IMG/VR virus record: IMGVR_UViG_3300042535_000037
Coordinates: 100,031 to 164,030 of that record
Direction: 5' to 3' (one strand)
DNA length: 64,000 bases
From: a virus
Taxonomy: Duplodnaviria; Heunggongvirae; Uroviricota; Caudoviricetes
Shown piece after piece: positions 37,883 through 47,112 of the stretch (its first letter is position 1; each line of letters starts with the position of its first letter). A program made the position numbers and the translations under genes. A model generated the notes under the pieces. That model had not been told where the DNA came from. It saw only the letters and a program-made list of their open reading frames with translations, and did not search any database.

Positions 37883-37968
37883 ATTGGATGTACGTTAGCA
37901 GTTGGTACAGGTAAAACGTAGGTGGTGTCTCTTATCCATCGAAGGGGGTTCGACTCCCCTAACCAAAA
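37883..37968 (+). tRNA. degenerate tRNA-like gene
   Basis: T-arm GGGGG-TTCGACT-CCCCT, D-stem ACGTT/AACGT with 18-nt loop, GGTGG/CCATC with 10-nt loop, weak TTGG/CCAA acceptor. Confidence 0.5.
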
Positions 37969-37980
37969 TAAGGTGATTAA

Positions 37981-38370
37981 ATGTTTATTAACGAATTAAG
38001 TGCCTCACTAATAAATCAAAAATCCGCAAATGAAAGAGTAAAAACAAATTTTTCCAAAATAAATCTTTTCATTAAAGATTTAGTTAAAATCGGTGAAAAG
38101 AACTGTTTAGATGGAAGAATTAACTCTGTAAAAACATTCTTTCTTAACTTGGAAATTGAAAAAAGAAACATATTCATAATTCCAAATGGTATCATGGTCT
38201 TCGACCTTGTACATAATATTAAAATGTACATACCAGAAGATTTGCTAGATGAATACAATAAATATTACACAAACGTACTAGATGACATTCTTGAGAACAT
38301 AGAGAATGACCCAAAATTCCAAGAAAAAGTAATTGCATACATTAAATCTGGTTACATGATATCGGAGTAA
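37981..38370 (+). CDS. hypothetical protein
   Basis: AGGTGAT SD. Confidence 0.7.
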   Translation: MFINELSASLINQKSANERVKTNFSKINLFIKDLVKIGEKNCLDGRINSVKTFFLNLEIEKRNIFIIPNGIMVFDLVHNIKMYIPEDLLDEYNKYYTNVLDDILENIENDPKFQEKVIAYIKSGYMISE

Positions 38371-38374
38371 ACTA

Positions 38375-38707
38375 ATGCCATCAAAAATCCAACAACTCAT
38401 AACCAAACTTCCCACAGAAGAATTCAGCATAGGAGATATTCTCCTATCAAAATTCCAAAGTGGAAAGGATACCGTACTCTATTTTAAAAAGTACACTCTT
38501 GAAATAGAAATTAACTACTCATCAGAGTTAATTGCAGAATCGGTCTCTATTGAAGATATCAATCTTTCAATAACAGCAGACTCTATGCTGTCCATAAAGA
38601 GCGATTTCACATCAGCAATCCACAAAGCAGAATCAATCATCATCTCTTCGGTAGAGGAAGAATTCAAAAAAGCAATCCAAATTTTCACATTCGAGGAATC
38701 ATGTTAG
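38375..38707 (+). CDS. hypothetical protein
   Basis: Operon member. Confidence 0.65.
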   Translation: MPSKIQQLITKLPTEEFSIGDILLSKFQSGKDTVLYFKKYTLEIEINYSSELIAESVSIEDINLSITADSMLSIKSDFTSAIHKAESIIISSVEEEFKKAIQIFTFEESC

Positions 38708-39021
38708 AATACATCAAAAATTTCAAAGGAAGAATGGTTCTCATTCATGAAAACCTTCTCATAGAACTTATCAATACCGGAAAACTCGTCACAGTAAGAG
38801 CAGAAAGCAAAGAAACATCCCACAAAATCGAGTACAAGATAGATGAAAGTAAAAATCTAAAACTCTTATACTGCACAGAATATTTAGACAAAATCTATCT
38901 ACCCAATAATGGAGTTAGATACAGTCCTGAGTACAACTCTTTCGAAAACAACGGTCCAAGAATCGAAACCAAAGTCCTTTCAGACCTATCATCCATGTTA
39001 ACAATTATGGGGGTTCGTTGA
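38701..39021 (+). CDS. hypothetical protein
   Basis: GAGG SD; overlap with previous gene. Confidence 0.65.
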   Translation: MLEYIKNFKGRMVLIHENLLIELINTGKLVTVRAESKETSHKIEYKIDESKNLKLLYCTEYLDKIYLPNNGVRYSPEYNSFENNGPRIETKVLSDLSSMLTIMGVR

Positions 39022-39064
39022 ACTCACCATAACCTTTTTATACATAAACCACCATTACTATATT

Positions 39065-39250
39065 GCAGGCAAGACGCAATTTCTACGGGGTTGCGTTAAC
39101 AAAAGCGATTTTACCTAGAGAACACTTATCACTGGTAGAAGGCTAAAATCCTCGGAAATTAGCTGGACAGGGGATGGAGGCTTGATGGTTGATGAGTTAC
39201 CTGTGCTTTCCATTTTCCCAAGGTTGACACGTTCCTTGGGAACCTCCTAC
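39065..39250 (+). ncRNA. structured RNA of about 185 nt
   Basis: Starts 23 nt after TTTTTATA; GACGCAA/TTGCGTT, GATTTTA/TAAAATC, TTCCCAAGG/CCTTGGGAA, GGAGG/CCTCC; ends at TTTT. Confidence 0.65.
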
Positions 39251-39303
39251 TTTTCTAACAAAAACTTCATATACAAAGAAGTACTTTCATCTATTGTGAT
39301 TAG

Positions 39304-39741
39304 ATGAAAAAACAAAAATTAACAATCACAGACCCAGAATTCATTGCGAAGGCAAGAGACATCCTAACAAAACCAGTATACAGTGAAGTATATATCATCA
39401 CTGATAAGAATGGTTTTAAGAGCCGCGAGATAAAAACAAAATACAACGAACCTAAAATTCGTGACCTAAAGAAGTTGGGTTACAAAGTAGAAATACTTCG
39501 TAGAGTAAGACGTACCCACATTCATGAAATTGCAGAAATTCCAGTAGATATTGCTCCAATCAAGAGAAGCTACATGAGTGGAATTCGCATAACTGTAAAC
39601 CTTGAAGGAAAAACAGATGCACAAATCAACGCTGACTATAAGTTCAAGCTACATACAATCACATCTTTCCTAAATAGGAATGGAATTCCTGTAAACAAAG
39701 TGTGCCAAGAATCATTCTTGGGTTGCGATGGAGATTACTAA
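39304..39741 (+). CDS. hypothetical basic protein
   Basis: Own promoter. Confidence 0.7.
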   Translation: MKKQKLTITDPEFIAKARDILTKPVYSEVYIITDKNGFKSREIKTKYNEPKIRDLKKLGYKVEILRRVRRTHIHEIAEIPVDIAPIKRSYMSGIRITVNLEGKTDAQINADYKFKLHTITSFLNRNGIPVNKVCQESFLGCDGDY

Positions 39742-39763
39742 TCTCCTTTTTTGAGGTGACATC

Positions 39764-41161
39764 ATGCTAGAATCCGTTAACAATCTTTCTGAAGAGCAAA
39801 AATTAAATCAACAAAAAGCAAGAAAAATGGTATCAGATAAGTATATCAAAATCGGTAAAATTCCAGAGTCTTATCACTTCACTGCTAAGGAGATGAATTT
39901 CATCAATGACTATTCTCTCGGTCTCCAAAATACAATACTCTCTTGCAAACTTGATGCATATCCACCATTTATTCACTTGATTTCACGTTATTCAAGTATG
40001 AACACACATGTAGCATCATTCCTAATTGACTATCACTTTAAATTACCAGTATTCGCCTTTGATTATTCTACAAATAATGATATAGTTCTTCTCTGTGCAA
40101 TAAGAAACAACTTTAAAAACTTTGCATACGACTTTATCTCAATTCACAAATTAGAATCATCAGATAGACTCATAGTTGTTGAAAAACTATCATTCACTGA
40201 AAGAAACTACTACCTAATCTCAACAGTGGAAATTCCATTCGAAAAAATAAAAGCAGCCAACGCCACAGTTCAAGTCATAGATAATGAAATTTTCATAGAG
40301 AAAATTCGTATTCCAAGCAAGTTCATCTCTCATGAATCCATCAAGGAAACATACAAAGAAATTAACAACAATCCACAGTACAAAGAAGCTATAGAAATCA
40401 TAAACAAATCAAAAGTTTATAATATTCCACAAATAATGACAACTTTGTACAGAATAATGATGGGTAGCACCCAACCTTTCCCTCAACCTACAGAAATCAC
40501 AAAAACTGTACCAATTGTCACAAAAACTGTAAAAGAAAAAGTCATTGAAGACCCCGCCTATACCTTCATTAAGGAAACATTTATCAAATCACGTAAAAGT
40601 AGCATTCGCAAAGAACAGCTTTTCAAGATGTATCGGTGCTGGCTTCTCAAGAACAACATAGTTCCAAACACAGATTTAATTATGACATCGTTAAGAGCAG
40701 CCTTTCCAAACGTAATAGTGAAAGGCAATGGCTACATTATAGGCATAGCCATCAACCATGCTTCTACAAAGCCCTTAGAATCTCTAAGTGAACCCAAGCC
40801 TACCTCTAACCCTACCTTACCTTCAATCGTTCAACCAAGGGCTTCCCAAGAGGTTGTACAGCCTTCTATCTCCCAGATTATTTCCAAGGCTCTCTTCGGT
40901 CAAGTTAACATCTCAAAAATACAGGTACTTGAATCCCAACTAACATGTGACAGATGGATTTTCAACGTTCCTAAGTCATCAGATTCATTTCTATTACTTG
41001 GATTGTGTGGCTCATCAATAAAAAATGCTTGGAGAATCCCTTCAGAAGAAGCATCCAATAACACTATCGTTATCTTTAACGATGAAGGTGTCATGAAGAA
41101 CCTCAATAAATTCAACAAATATGAACAAAATGTTAATTTCCTTAGAGGGTTATTGTGGTAA
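39764..41161 (+). CDS. multidomain protein with an internal winged-helix (RFX/D5 C-terminal-like) segment
   Basis: FIKETFIK....IRKEQLFKMYRCWLLKNNI; Pro/Thr/Ser-rich linkers. Confidence 0.6.
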   Translation: MLESVNNLSEEQKLNQQKARKMVSDKYIKIGKIPESYHFTAKEMNFINDYSLGLQNTILSCKLDAYPPFIHLISRYSSMNTHVASFLIDYHFKLPVFAFDYSTNNDIVLLCAIRNNFKNFAYDFISIHKLESSDRLIVVEKLSFTERNYYLISTVEIPFEKIKAANATVQVIDNEIFIEKIRIPSKFISHESIKETYKEINNNPQYKEAIEIINKSKVYNIPQIMTTLYRIMMGSTQPFPQPTEITKTVPIVTKTVKEKVIEDPAYTFIKETFIKSRKSSIRKEQLFKMYRCWLLKNNIVPNTDLIMTSLRAAFPNVIVKGNGYIIGIAINHASTKPLESLSEPKPTSNPTLPSIVQPRASQEVVQPSISQIISKALFGQVNISKIQVLESQLTCDRWIFNVPKSSDSFLLLGLCGSSIKNAWRIPSEEASNNTIVIFNDEGVMKNLNKFNKYEQNVNFLRGLLW

Positions 41162-41162
41162 C

Positions 41163-41513
41163 ATGCGTGAAGAACTTGAAGAATTCGAAGGAAAAAAGCT
41201 TACATTCAAAGGCACTTGTGTTGACTTTGGCTCAAGAATGGTTAACGGAAGAAAGGTCATCAAAACCGTTCTTCTAAAAGACCTAATTTCTTCCGAAGTC
41301 ACAATCGAACATATGTGGTTTGACTATGATTGCTTTCCAAAACTAACACTCAACGACACCATTGAATTCACATCGCGCATCAAGAAATTCGTAAAAGGCT
41401 ACAAAGGCAAAGACGAAATTCTACAAAAGAACAAACCTCAGCAAATTGACTACAGATTATCATTACCTAAAAGCATTAAGGTGACTAAAAATGTTTCTAA
41501 AAAGTCTATTTAA
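41163..41513 (+). CDS. conserved phage-type OB-fold-like protein (start corrected)
   Basis: MREELE..F.G....FG..LLKD..EHMWF..IEF..RI..KGY.G..DYRLS.P. Confidence 0.7.
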   Translation: MREELEEFEGKKLTFKGTCVDFGSRMVNGRKVIKTVLLKDLISSEVTIEHMWFDYDCFPKLTLNDTIEFTSRIKKFVKGYKGKDEILQKNKPQQIDYRLSLPKSIKVTKNVSKKSI

Positions 41514-41787
41514 AATAAAGACAGGAACCCGAATCTTCTTAACTAATGGTCAACGCTATGAAGGCTACATCTTTGTTTCTGACCATCTACGACATGGAGA
41601 ATCGCATCGCTCTGCCATCAACAGACTACACAAAAAAATAAAAAAACAATATCCTGATTATAAATTAAGCAACATATCCAGAATTAAAATTATCCAAAAA
41701 TATGATGTTGCTTGGCACTACAATGTAATTATCAATAAAGGAAGCATTAAAGAAGAATTAACCGCAACATTTGACTTCAAACCATAG
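41491..41787 (+). CDS. hypothetical basic protein
   Basis: AGGTGA SD. Confidence 0.6.
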   Translation: MFLKSLFKIKTGTRIFLTNGQRYEGYIFVSDHLRHGESHRSAINRLHKKIKKQYPDYKLSNISRIKIIQKYDVAWHYNVIINKGSIKEELTATFDFKP

Positions 41788-41794
41788 AGGAACC

Positions 41795-42151
41795 ATGCCA
41801 ATAAAAACAAAAAATGAATACATAGAAACTACAAAAAAGTTTCAGTCCATAATTAGTGAAATAACAAACTATAACATTTATATTATTAGAGCTCTCAATG
41901 CCATCAGATACGAAACGAAAAATGAAGAAGTAGAGCATTTCATAGATAGTTTTTTCACAAAACTAGAAATCAACAACTACAGCATAGACCTACTCATAGA
42001 CGAAGACCTCTTCGTAGTCAAATCAAAATCTTCCATTAAGATTCCAGTTTCATTGGTTGAATCTTTCGAGACCGTTAACTTCCCCTCAGAAGTTGAGAAA
42101 CAAAACGCTTTCTTCCTCAACCAAAAGATTCAAGTACATTCAAATTCATGA
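41795..42151 (+). CDS. hypothetical protein (start corrected)
   Basis: GAGG SD before ATG 41795. Confidence 0.65.
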   Translation: MPIKTKNEYIETTKKFQSIISEITNYNIYIIRALNAIRYETKNEEVEHFIDSFFTKLEINNYSIDLLIDEDLFVVKSKSSIKIPVSLVESFETVNFPSEVEKQNAFFLNQKIQVHSNS

Positions 42152-42152
42152 A

Positions 42153-42566
42153 ATGATTATGTATTTCAAAGAATTTTACGAAAAATATAGTTCTCAAATG
42201 TATGCTTCCAGAGTGGAAAGAACCAAAGAAGATGATGTAAAAATATACGTAAAATACATGGTTCTAAATTCCACCATTTTTAATGAAGAAGAGCTTAAAA
42301 ATCACTACATGGCTAACGTAGTAAAGGCACTTACCTTCTTCCACAAAGAAATGGAAAATGGATACAAAGAAGGAAAGGTAATTAAATTCACCAAAAAAGG
42401 AACTCATGGTTTTCACCATACTTTAGACTCAACCTATGTCATCGCTGAAGACCTTTACGAAAAATTACTAGCATCAAAGGTACTTCCTCTCTTAATTGAC
42501 CCAGACAACACAACTAAATTAGGGTCAACAAGTATTTATGTGTTTAAAGCAAAGCAATTACCATGA
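42153..42566 (+). CDS. hypothetical protein (start corrected)
   Basis: Starts just after previous stop. Confidence 0.65.
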   Translation: MIMYFKEFYEKYSSQMYASRVERTKEDDVKIYVKYMVLNSTIFNEEELKNHYMANVVKALTFFHKEMENGYKEGKVIKFTKKGTHGFHHTLDSTYVIAEDLYEKLLASKVLPLLIDPDNTTKLGSTSIYVFKAKQLP

Positions 42567-42742
42567 TAAACTTACCACCCCACAAACAAACCCGTCATCT
42601 CTACAAGGAAGACCACAAATGCTTTTGCGGTCTCAGAGCTGACACTTGGACCGTAACTTCCATCACCCAATGTACATGCGGTAACTGCAACAAAGCCTAC
42701 CAAGCATGGAAAAACAACGAAATGTTGAGGAAATACAAATGA
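42563..42742 (+). CDS. Zn-finger microprotein, 59 aa (not in ORF track)
   Basis: H..CFCG...CTCGNC; ATGA overlap. Confidence 0.65.
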   Translation: MINLPPHKQTRHLYKEDHKCFCGLRADTWTVTSITQCTCGNCNKAYQAWKNNEMLRKYK

Positions 42743-42869
42743 AAGAGAACGTAAATTGGCGCATGAAACAATACAAGAAAGAAAAAGCCCAAAAGAAGAA
42801 TGACCCATTCGAAGAAAAAATAGCCCAAAAGATGTAACATTTTTATAGTATTACATCCCTTTTTCTTTC

Positions 42870-43184
42870 ATGGCAAAAATTCATGAAATCGACTTAGGTT
42901 TTAAGGACAACACACTTATTTTTGATGACACTGACTCGCGCGAAGACTATTTTCATGCTTATAACAAAAATCAAAAGCTGACTATTGCTTGGGTAAAAGA
43001 ACATGGTGCTCCTGTCATCGGTGTAGATGTAACAAACAACGACCCATCAATTCCTGCTGAAAGACGTATCAAGCAAATATGCAAAGCAGCAGGCTACAGA
43101 GCAATACCAAAACACAGAATGGAACAATCAATGTACTCACCCGTTCCCCGCAAAGTTTTCCATTGGAGATTAGAAAAAATTTAA
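42870..43184 (+). CDS. hypothetical protein
   Basis: TTTTTATA plus pyrimidine tract, leaderless. Confidence 0.7.
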   Translation: MAKIHEIDLGFKDNTLIFDDTDSREDYFHAYNKNQKLTIAWVKEHGAPVIGVDVTNNDPSIPAERRIKQICKAAGYRAIPKHRMEQSMYSPVPRKVFHWRLEKI

Positions 43185-43200
43185 AAATGAGACTTATGTC

Positions 43201-43506
43201 TCATAATATTCTATATTTATTTGCACTACCCAAAACAACCACAGGGTCAGGTGTACTAAATCTTACCATTTTCATCAGTACATCATGTGCTTCTTTCTTT
43301 GTAGGAACAACAACAGTTTTCATTGCTCCATACCCACCATCAAAAGCCATCTTCACATGATACATTGAATGTTTCTCAATGTAAAGGTCAACCTGTCCTT
43401 CCTTAAAGATAGGGAACCCGCCTGCTCTTTCTCCAAACTGAATTATCCTTTTAGTTCTAGACCGATAGTGGTCTTCACCTATTTTCTTATAATCTTTCAA
43501 TGCCAT
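43201..43506 (-). CDS. paralog family member
   Basis: DYKKIGEDHYRS..IQFG..G.V..YIEK..TKKEAHD.LM..PDP..LG; closest to 5567. Confidence 0.75.
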   Translation of the reverse strand: MALKDYKKIGEDHYRSRTKRIIQFGERAGGFPIFKEGQVDLYIEKHSMYHVKMAFDGGYGAMKTVVVPTKKEAHDVLMKMVRFSTPDPVVVLGSANKYRIL

Positions 43507-43611
43507 AATTACCCATTAAGTTAATAGCTTAAATAGATGTCTATACCAGAAGAAGATGCAAAAAAGATAATGAGAGAAGTTAATGAAGAATCAATATTTT
43601 GAACCTATCTA

Positions 43612-44358
43612 TTATTTTACGGTTTGATTATCATAATCCCAATATTCTTTTTCTTTTAATCTTTGAATCATTAAAGTTCTACTACAGTGAAACATACTTT
43701 CACATTTTTTCCAAGAAGGTCTATCAACTTTCGGCATCAACCTCAACTTTCTTAGTAAATCAACGTCAAACTCCTTCTTCTCTACTCCAAATTTCACACC
43801 AGCAGCCTTAGCAGCTTCTCTTCCTCTTCTTGTATTTTCAACTATTCTAATTCTATCATGTTCAGCTTTTTCAGCCATAAAGCTTACAAATGACCTTCCC
43901 CAAGGGTCAGAAGTATCCATATGTTCTTCTATAGACTTAGTATGAATACCATTTTTTGCTAAAGTAAGAACATTAATCATTGCATCATTCATATCCCTAC
44001 CAAGCCTATCTACTCTTCTTACATAAATTTTGTCAAATACATCATTTTCTGAATCTTTCATTAATTCATTAAATGCTGGTAAATCTTTCACTTTTTTGCC
44101 TGAAATATACTGGTCTGTATATACTTTTACAACTTCATTTCCATCTAGTTCAGCAGCTTTTTTACACATATCAACAGCTTCCAATATAGAAGCGTGAACA
44201 GCTTTATTTATTTGTTCATTCTTACTCAAAGTTTTATCTTTATCTTCCACTAAAATATGCTTAGTAGGACTTACCCTTGCATAAATAGCTATACGAAGAT
44301 TCTTTTTTTCTTCAGTTTTTACAACTTGCTCTACTTCATTTAATATTTCATCGCTCAT
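43612..44358 (-). CDS. small serine recombinase (resolvase/invertase family)
   Basis: IYARVS (catalytic Ser), VRRVDRLGRD, ER..I.E.TRRG...A...G..FG, C-terminal HTH. Confidence 0.9.
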   Translation of the reverse strand: MSDEILNEVEQVVKTEEKKNLRIAIYARVSPTKHILVEDKDKTLSKNEQINKAVHASILEAVDMCKKAAELDGNEVVKVYTDQYISGKKVKDLPAFNELMKDSENDVFDKIYVRRVDRLGRDMNDAMINVLTLAKNGIHTKSIEEHMDTSDPWGRSFVSFMAEKAEHDRIRIVENTRRGREAAKAAGVKFGVEKKEFDVDLLRKLRLMPKVDRPSWKKCESMFHCSRTLMIQRLKEKEYWDYDNQTVK

Positions 44359-45560
44359 ATTATCAAAACCATAAGGAATCTTAGTAAGACTTTCCTATTG
44401 AAAGGTATAGCCTTACACCTTTATATAAAGATTGTCCTTCCCTCAAACCCTTTATATAAAACATCTCATTCCATCACCCTCTTCCTTTCCTCTATAAATC
44501 ATCTCACAATTTACAAGGTTCAAATCATAGGGATATACAACTCAGCGTTACATCATAATGATTATAATTACAACAAATACTATACCGTTAATTTTTTATA
44601 CATAAATAACTATTACTCATTGTATATCAAATTGAGGCAATCAAAATGAACGCAGAACAATTTATTTGGACAGTAGTTGAAGTAGTATTAGGAATAATAA
44701 TAGTCGGTGGAATAGAAGCCATGACAGGACTCAACATAATCTGAGGTATATCATGTTTAACATTGATGTAAACAAAATTCTTCCACTATTCACGTTTATA
44801 ATGATGATAGCTTCTTTGTTTGCTCTAGTTCTTGTAAGTGCAGGCATATATATAGATAGAATTACAGCTATTACACAAATATATATATTATTCTTTACAG
44901 GGATGAGTTTATTGTTATCTATAAATAATAACAAAAATAAATAACTGTTTCTTTTCTTATCAATTTTTAATCCGTTTCCAATAACGGTATCTTTTACTAC
45001 ATCGTTCCAAACCATACTTATATCTTTCGCAACAACGTGTCAAAACATAGTCATTTAGCTACAACTTCAATTTTTAGTCATCTATAGCCCAGATAACTTT
45101 TTATACATAAAACACCATTATATATTAAATTGATGTGATAAAGTGAATTACAAAGAGAGAGTAAAAAGTAAATTTAATAAACTGTTAATGTATTTATTAA
45201 TATTTGTATTTTCAGTTTATTTACTTGAAAAAGCAGAAATTTTTCCCAAAAATATATGGTTAGATATTTTAAAGAGTATATTTTAAATACAATAAGTATT
45301 AATTATTATTGGTGATTAAACAATGTACTCTAATTTATATAAAGGAGTAATAGATTCTATGACTCTTATTGAGTTTATGGAATTAACAAATAGTACTCCA
45401 CGTAAAATATCTGATTTTGCTCCAACAGGAGACCCAAAAGCTTTTGTAAAAAAGTTAAAGAGTGAGTGAAAAAATGAGTGCAAAATTAGTCGTTTGGATT
45501 GTAGTTGGAACAATTTTAGCATTGTTTATTCTTGGTAGCATTACTTAAAATTAAGATACA

Positions 45561-45881
45561 ATGCTTACTACTGAACAGCTTTCTGAAGAAGAGAAAATAA
45601 TTCTCGAAGTAATTGAATCCGCTAGAGTTCTAGAAGAATTCCTATGGGGAGAACACAATTCAAATTGGGGTCTCGAAGAATGGAAACGAATGTTCAACAA
45701 ACGTTCTGTCAAATTCAATGATATAAACCCATCAAATCCTCATTGGCAAATAGAAGCCCGCAAACGCCTGCTCCAAAATGCCGCCCTCTCAGTAGCAATG
45801 ATTCGCTTACTTAATGAAAACAAAATAGGCTCCGGCATCAGCAGCACAGGAACCCCTTCTAATCTAGAACAGTACAAGTGA
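45561..45881 (+). CDS. MazG-like all-alpha protein, acidic residues altered
   Basis: LWGE.N..W..EEW...EARKRLLQNAALSVAMI. Confidence 0.4.
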   Translation: MLTTEQLSEEEKIILEVIESARVLEEFLWGEHNSNWGLEEWKRMFNKRSVKFNDINPSNPHWQIEARKRLLQNAALSVAMIRLLNENKIGSGISSTGTPSNLEQYK

Positions 45882-45926
45882 ATTTCAACCACTACTTTTT
45901 TATATATAAAATACCTTTATTTCAAC

Positions 45927-46229
45927 GTGACAAAAAACTCTTGCCAAACTTATCTTGAAAATATGTACAACGCTTGTTGTGCAAATCATTACAATCTCCG
46001 TCAACGTTACGAAGGAGAAGAAGGAGCCTTAAAATTCGCAGAATCTTTTGGTTATGGAATTCCAGACTCCCCTCGCTCCGAATGGAGAGATGTAATCCAG
46101 AGCAGCTACTCTTACTTATGCGTTCGTTTCTACAATCTTAATCCACCAATATCTGCTAAAGAATGGATTAACACCATTTCCAAAGCAATAAAACAGAGAG
46201 TTCCAGACTTCGACATCAAAAATTTATAA
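45927..46229 (+). CDS. hypothetical protein
   Basis: TATA box; GTG start. Confidence 0.65.
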   Translation: MTKNSCQTYLENMYNACCANHYNLRQRYEGEEGALKFAESFGYGIPDSPRSEWRDVIQSSYSYLCVRFYNLNPPISAKEWINTISKAIKQRVPDFDIKNL

Positions 46230-46235
46230 AAAGAA

Positions 46236-46445
46236 TTAATCTTCTTTTAATTCTTTTATTTGTTTCATGGCATCCTTTTTGCTACCAGCTCTTCTTATCC
46301 ATTCACCGTTATACATAATTTCCCAATCATGGCTAAAACTGATTTTCTTATTTAACAGCAATATTTCGTCTTTTCCGTTGCTCCATCCCTCAATTTCATG
46401 AGCAGGATAACCAACTTTTTCCTGAGACATCTTTTTCCAAGTCAT
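46236..46445 (-). CDS. small hypothetical protein (start corrected)
   Basis: MTWKKM..; divergent from 46521 at 76-nt spacing. Confidence 0.6.
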   Translation of the reverse strand: MTWKKMSQEKVGYPAHEIEGWSNGKDEILLLNKKISFSHDWEIMYNGEWIRRAGSKKDAMKQIKELKED

Positions 46446-46853
46446 AACAAATACTTGTTTTCTTACTATAAGAACCTTTTCAACACAAAATTTATATACA
46501 TAAAACACATCTAATACTCCATGTCAATAGAATTAATATCATCAACAGTTTTAATATTCCTTTACATTTTCACTTTCGTAGCACCAATTTTCTTAGCATA
46601 CTCCATCATAAAAGATGTCTACAGAAACGTTCGTCATTATCATTAAAGGTGAAAAAATGAATGCAAAAACAGTATTTTGGGCTATAGTTATCATAATTCT
46701 GCAAGCTGTTATCTTTGGTAGCATAATGCAGAACTCGTAAACTTTTTATACATAAAAACGCATTATTCATCATGAAACTTGAATCAATCTTGTATTTTAT
46801 CGTAGGTTGTGCAATTGGCTACATTTTAGTATCAATTTTCAAGAAGTGATTAA

Positions 46854-47075
46854 ATGGGTTTTGAAGTGATTTACCGTTGCCGTTATTGCAAAACTATTCT
46901 CCCAAATGGAGAAAAGTACTGCAATCTAATCTGTAAAAACAATCAAAGTATCTGTAATACCAGATACAGAATGCTCATTAGATTCTTACATAGATTCTTC
47001 AGAAAAGATGATAACAAAGCCTACAATCAAACTCACGGAATCATTAAAGAACCTGATGTTCTACCGAGGAATTAA
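46854..47075 (+). CDS. Zn-finger protein
   Basis: CRYC....YC...C (TRASH/DUF2116-like). Confidence 0.6.
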   Translation: MGFEVIYRCRYCKTILPNGEKYCNLICKNNQSICNTRYRMLIRFLHRFFRKDDNKAYNQTHGIIKEPDVLPRN

Positions 47076-47112
47076 TATACATTAAACACCTTTATATCTT
47101 TGGTGATTCAAA

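Noticed and set aside
39165-39250. Hammerhead ribozyme, box C/D sRNA or fluoride riboswitch
   Set aside because: TTGATGAG lacks the downstream GAAA core, there is no CTGA D box, and the riboswitch P1 helix is absent.
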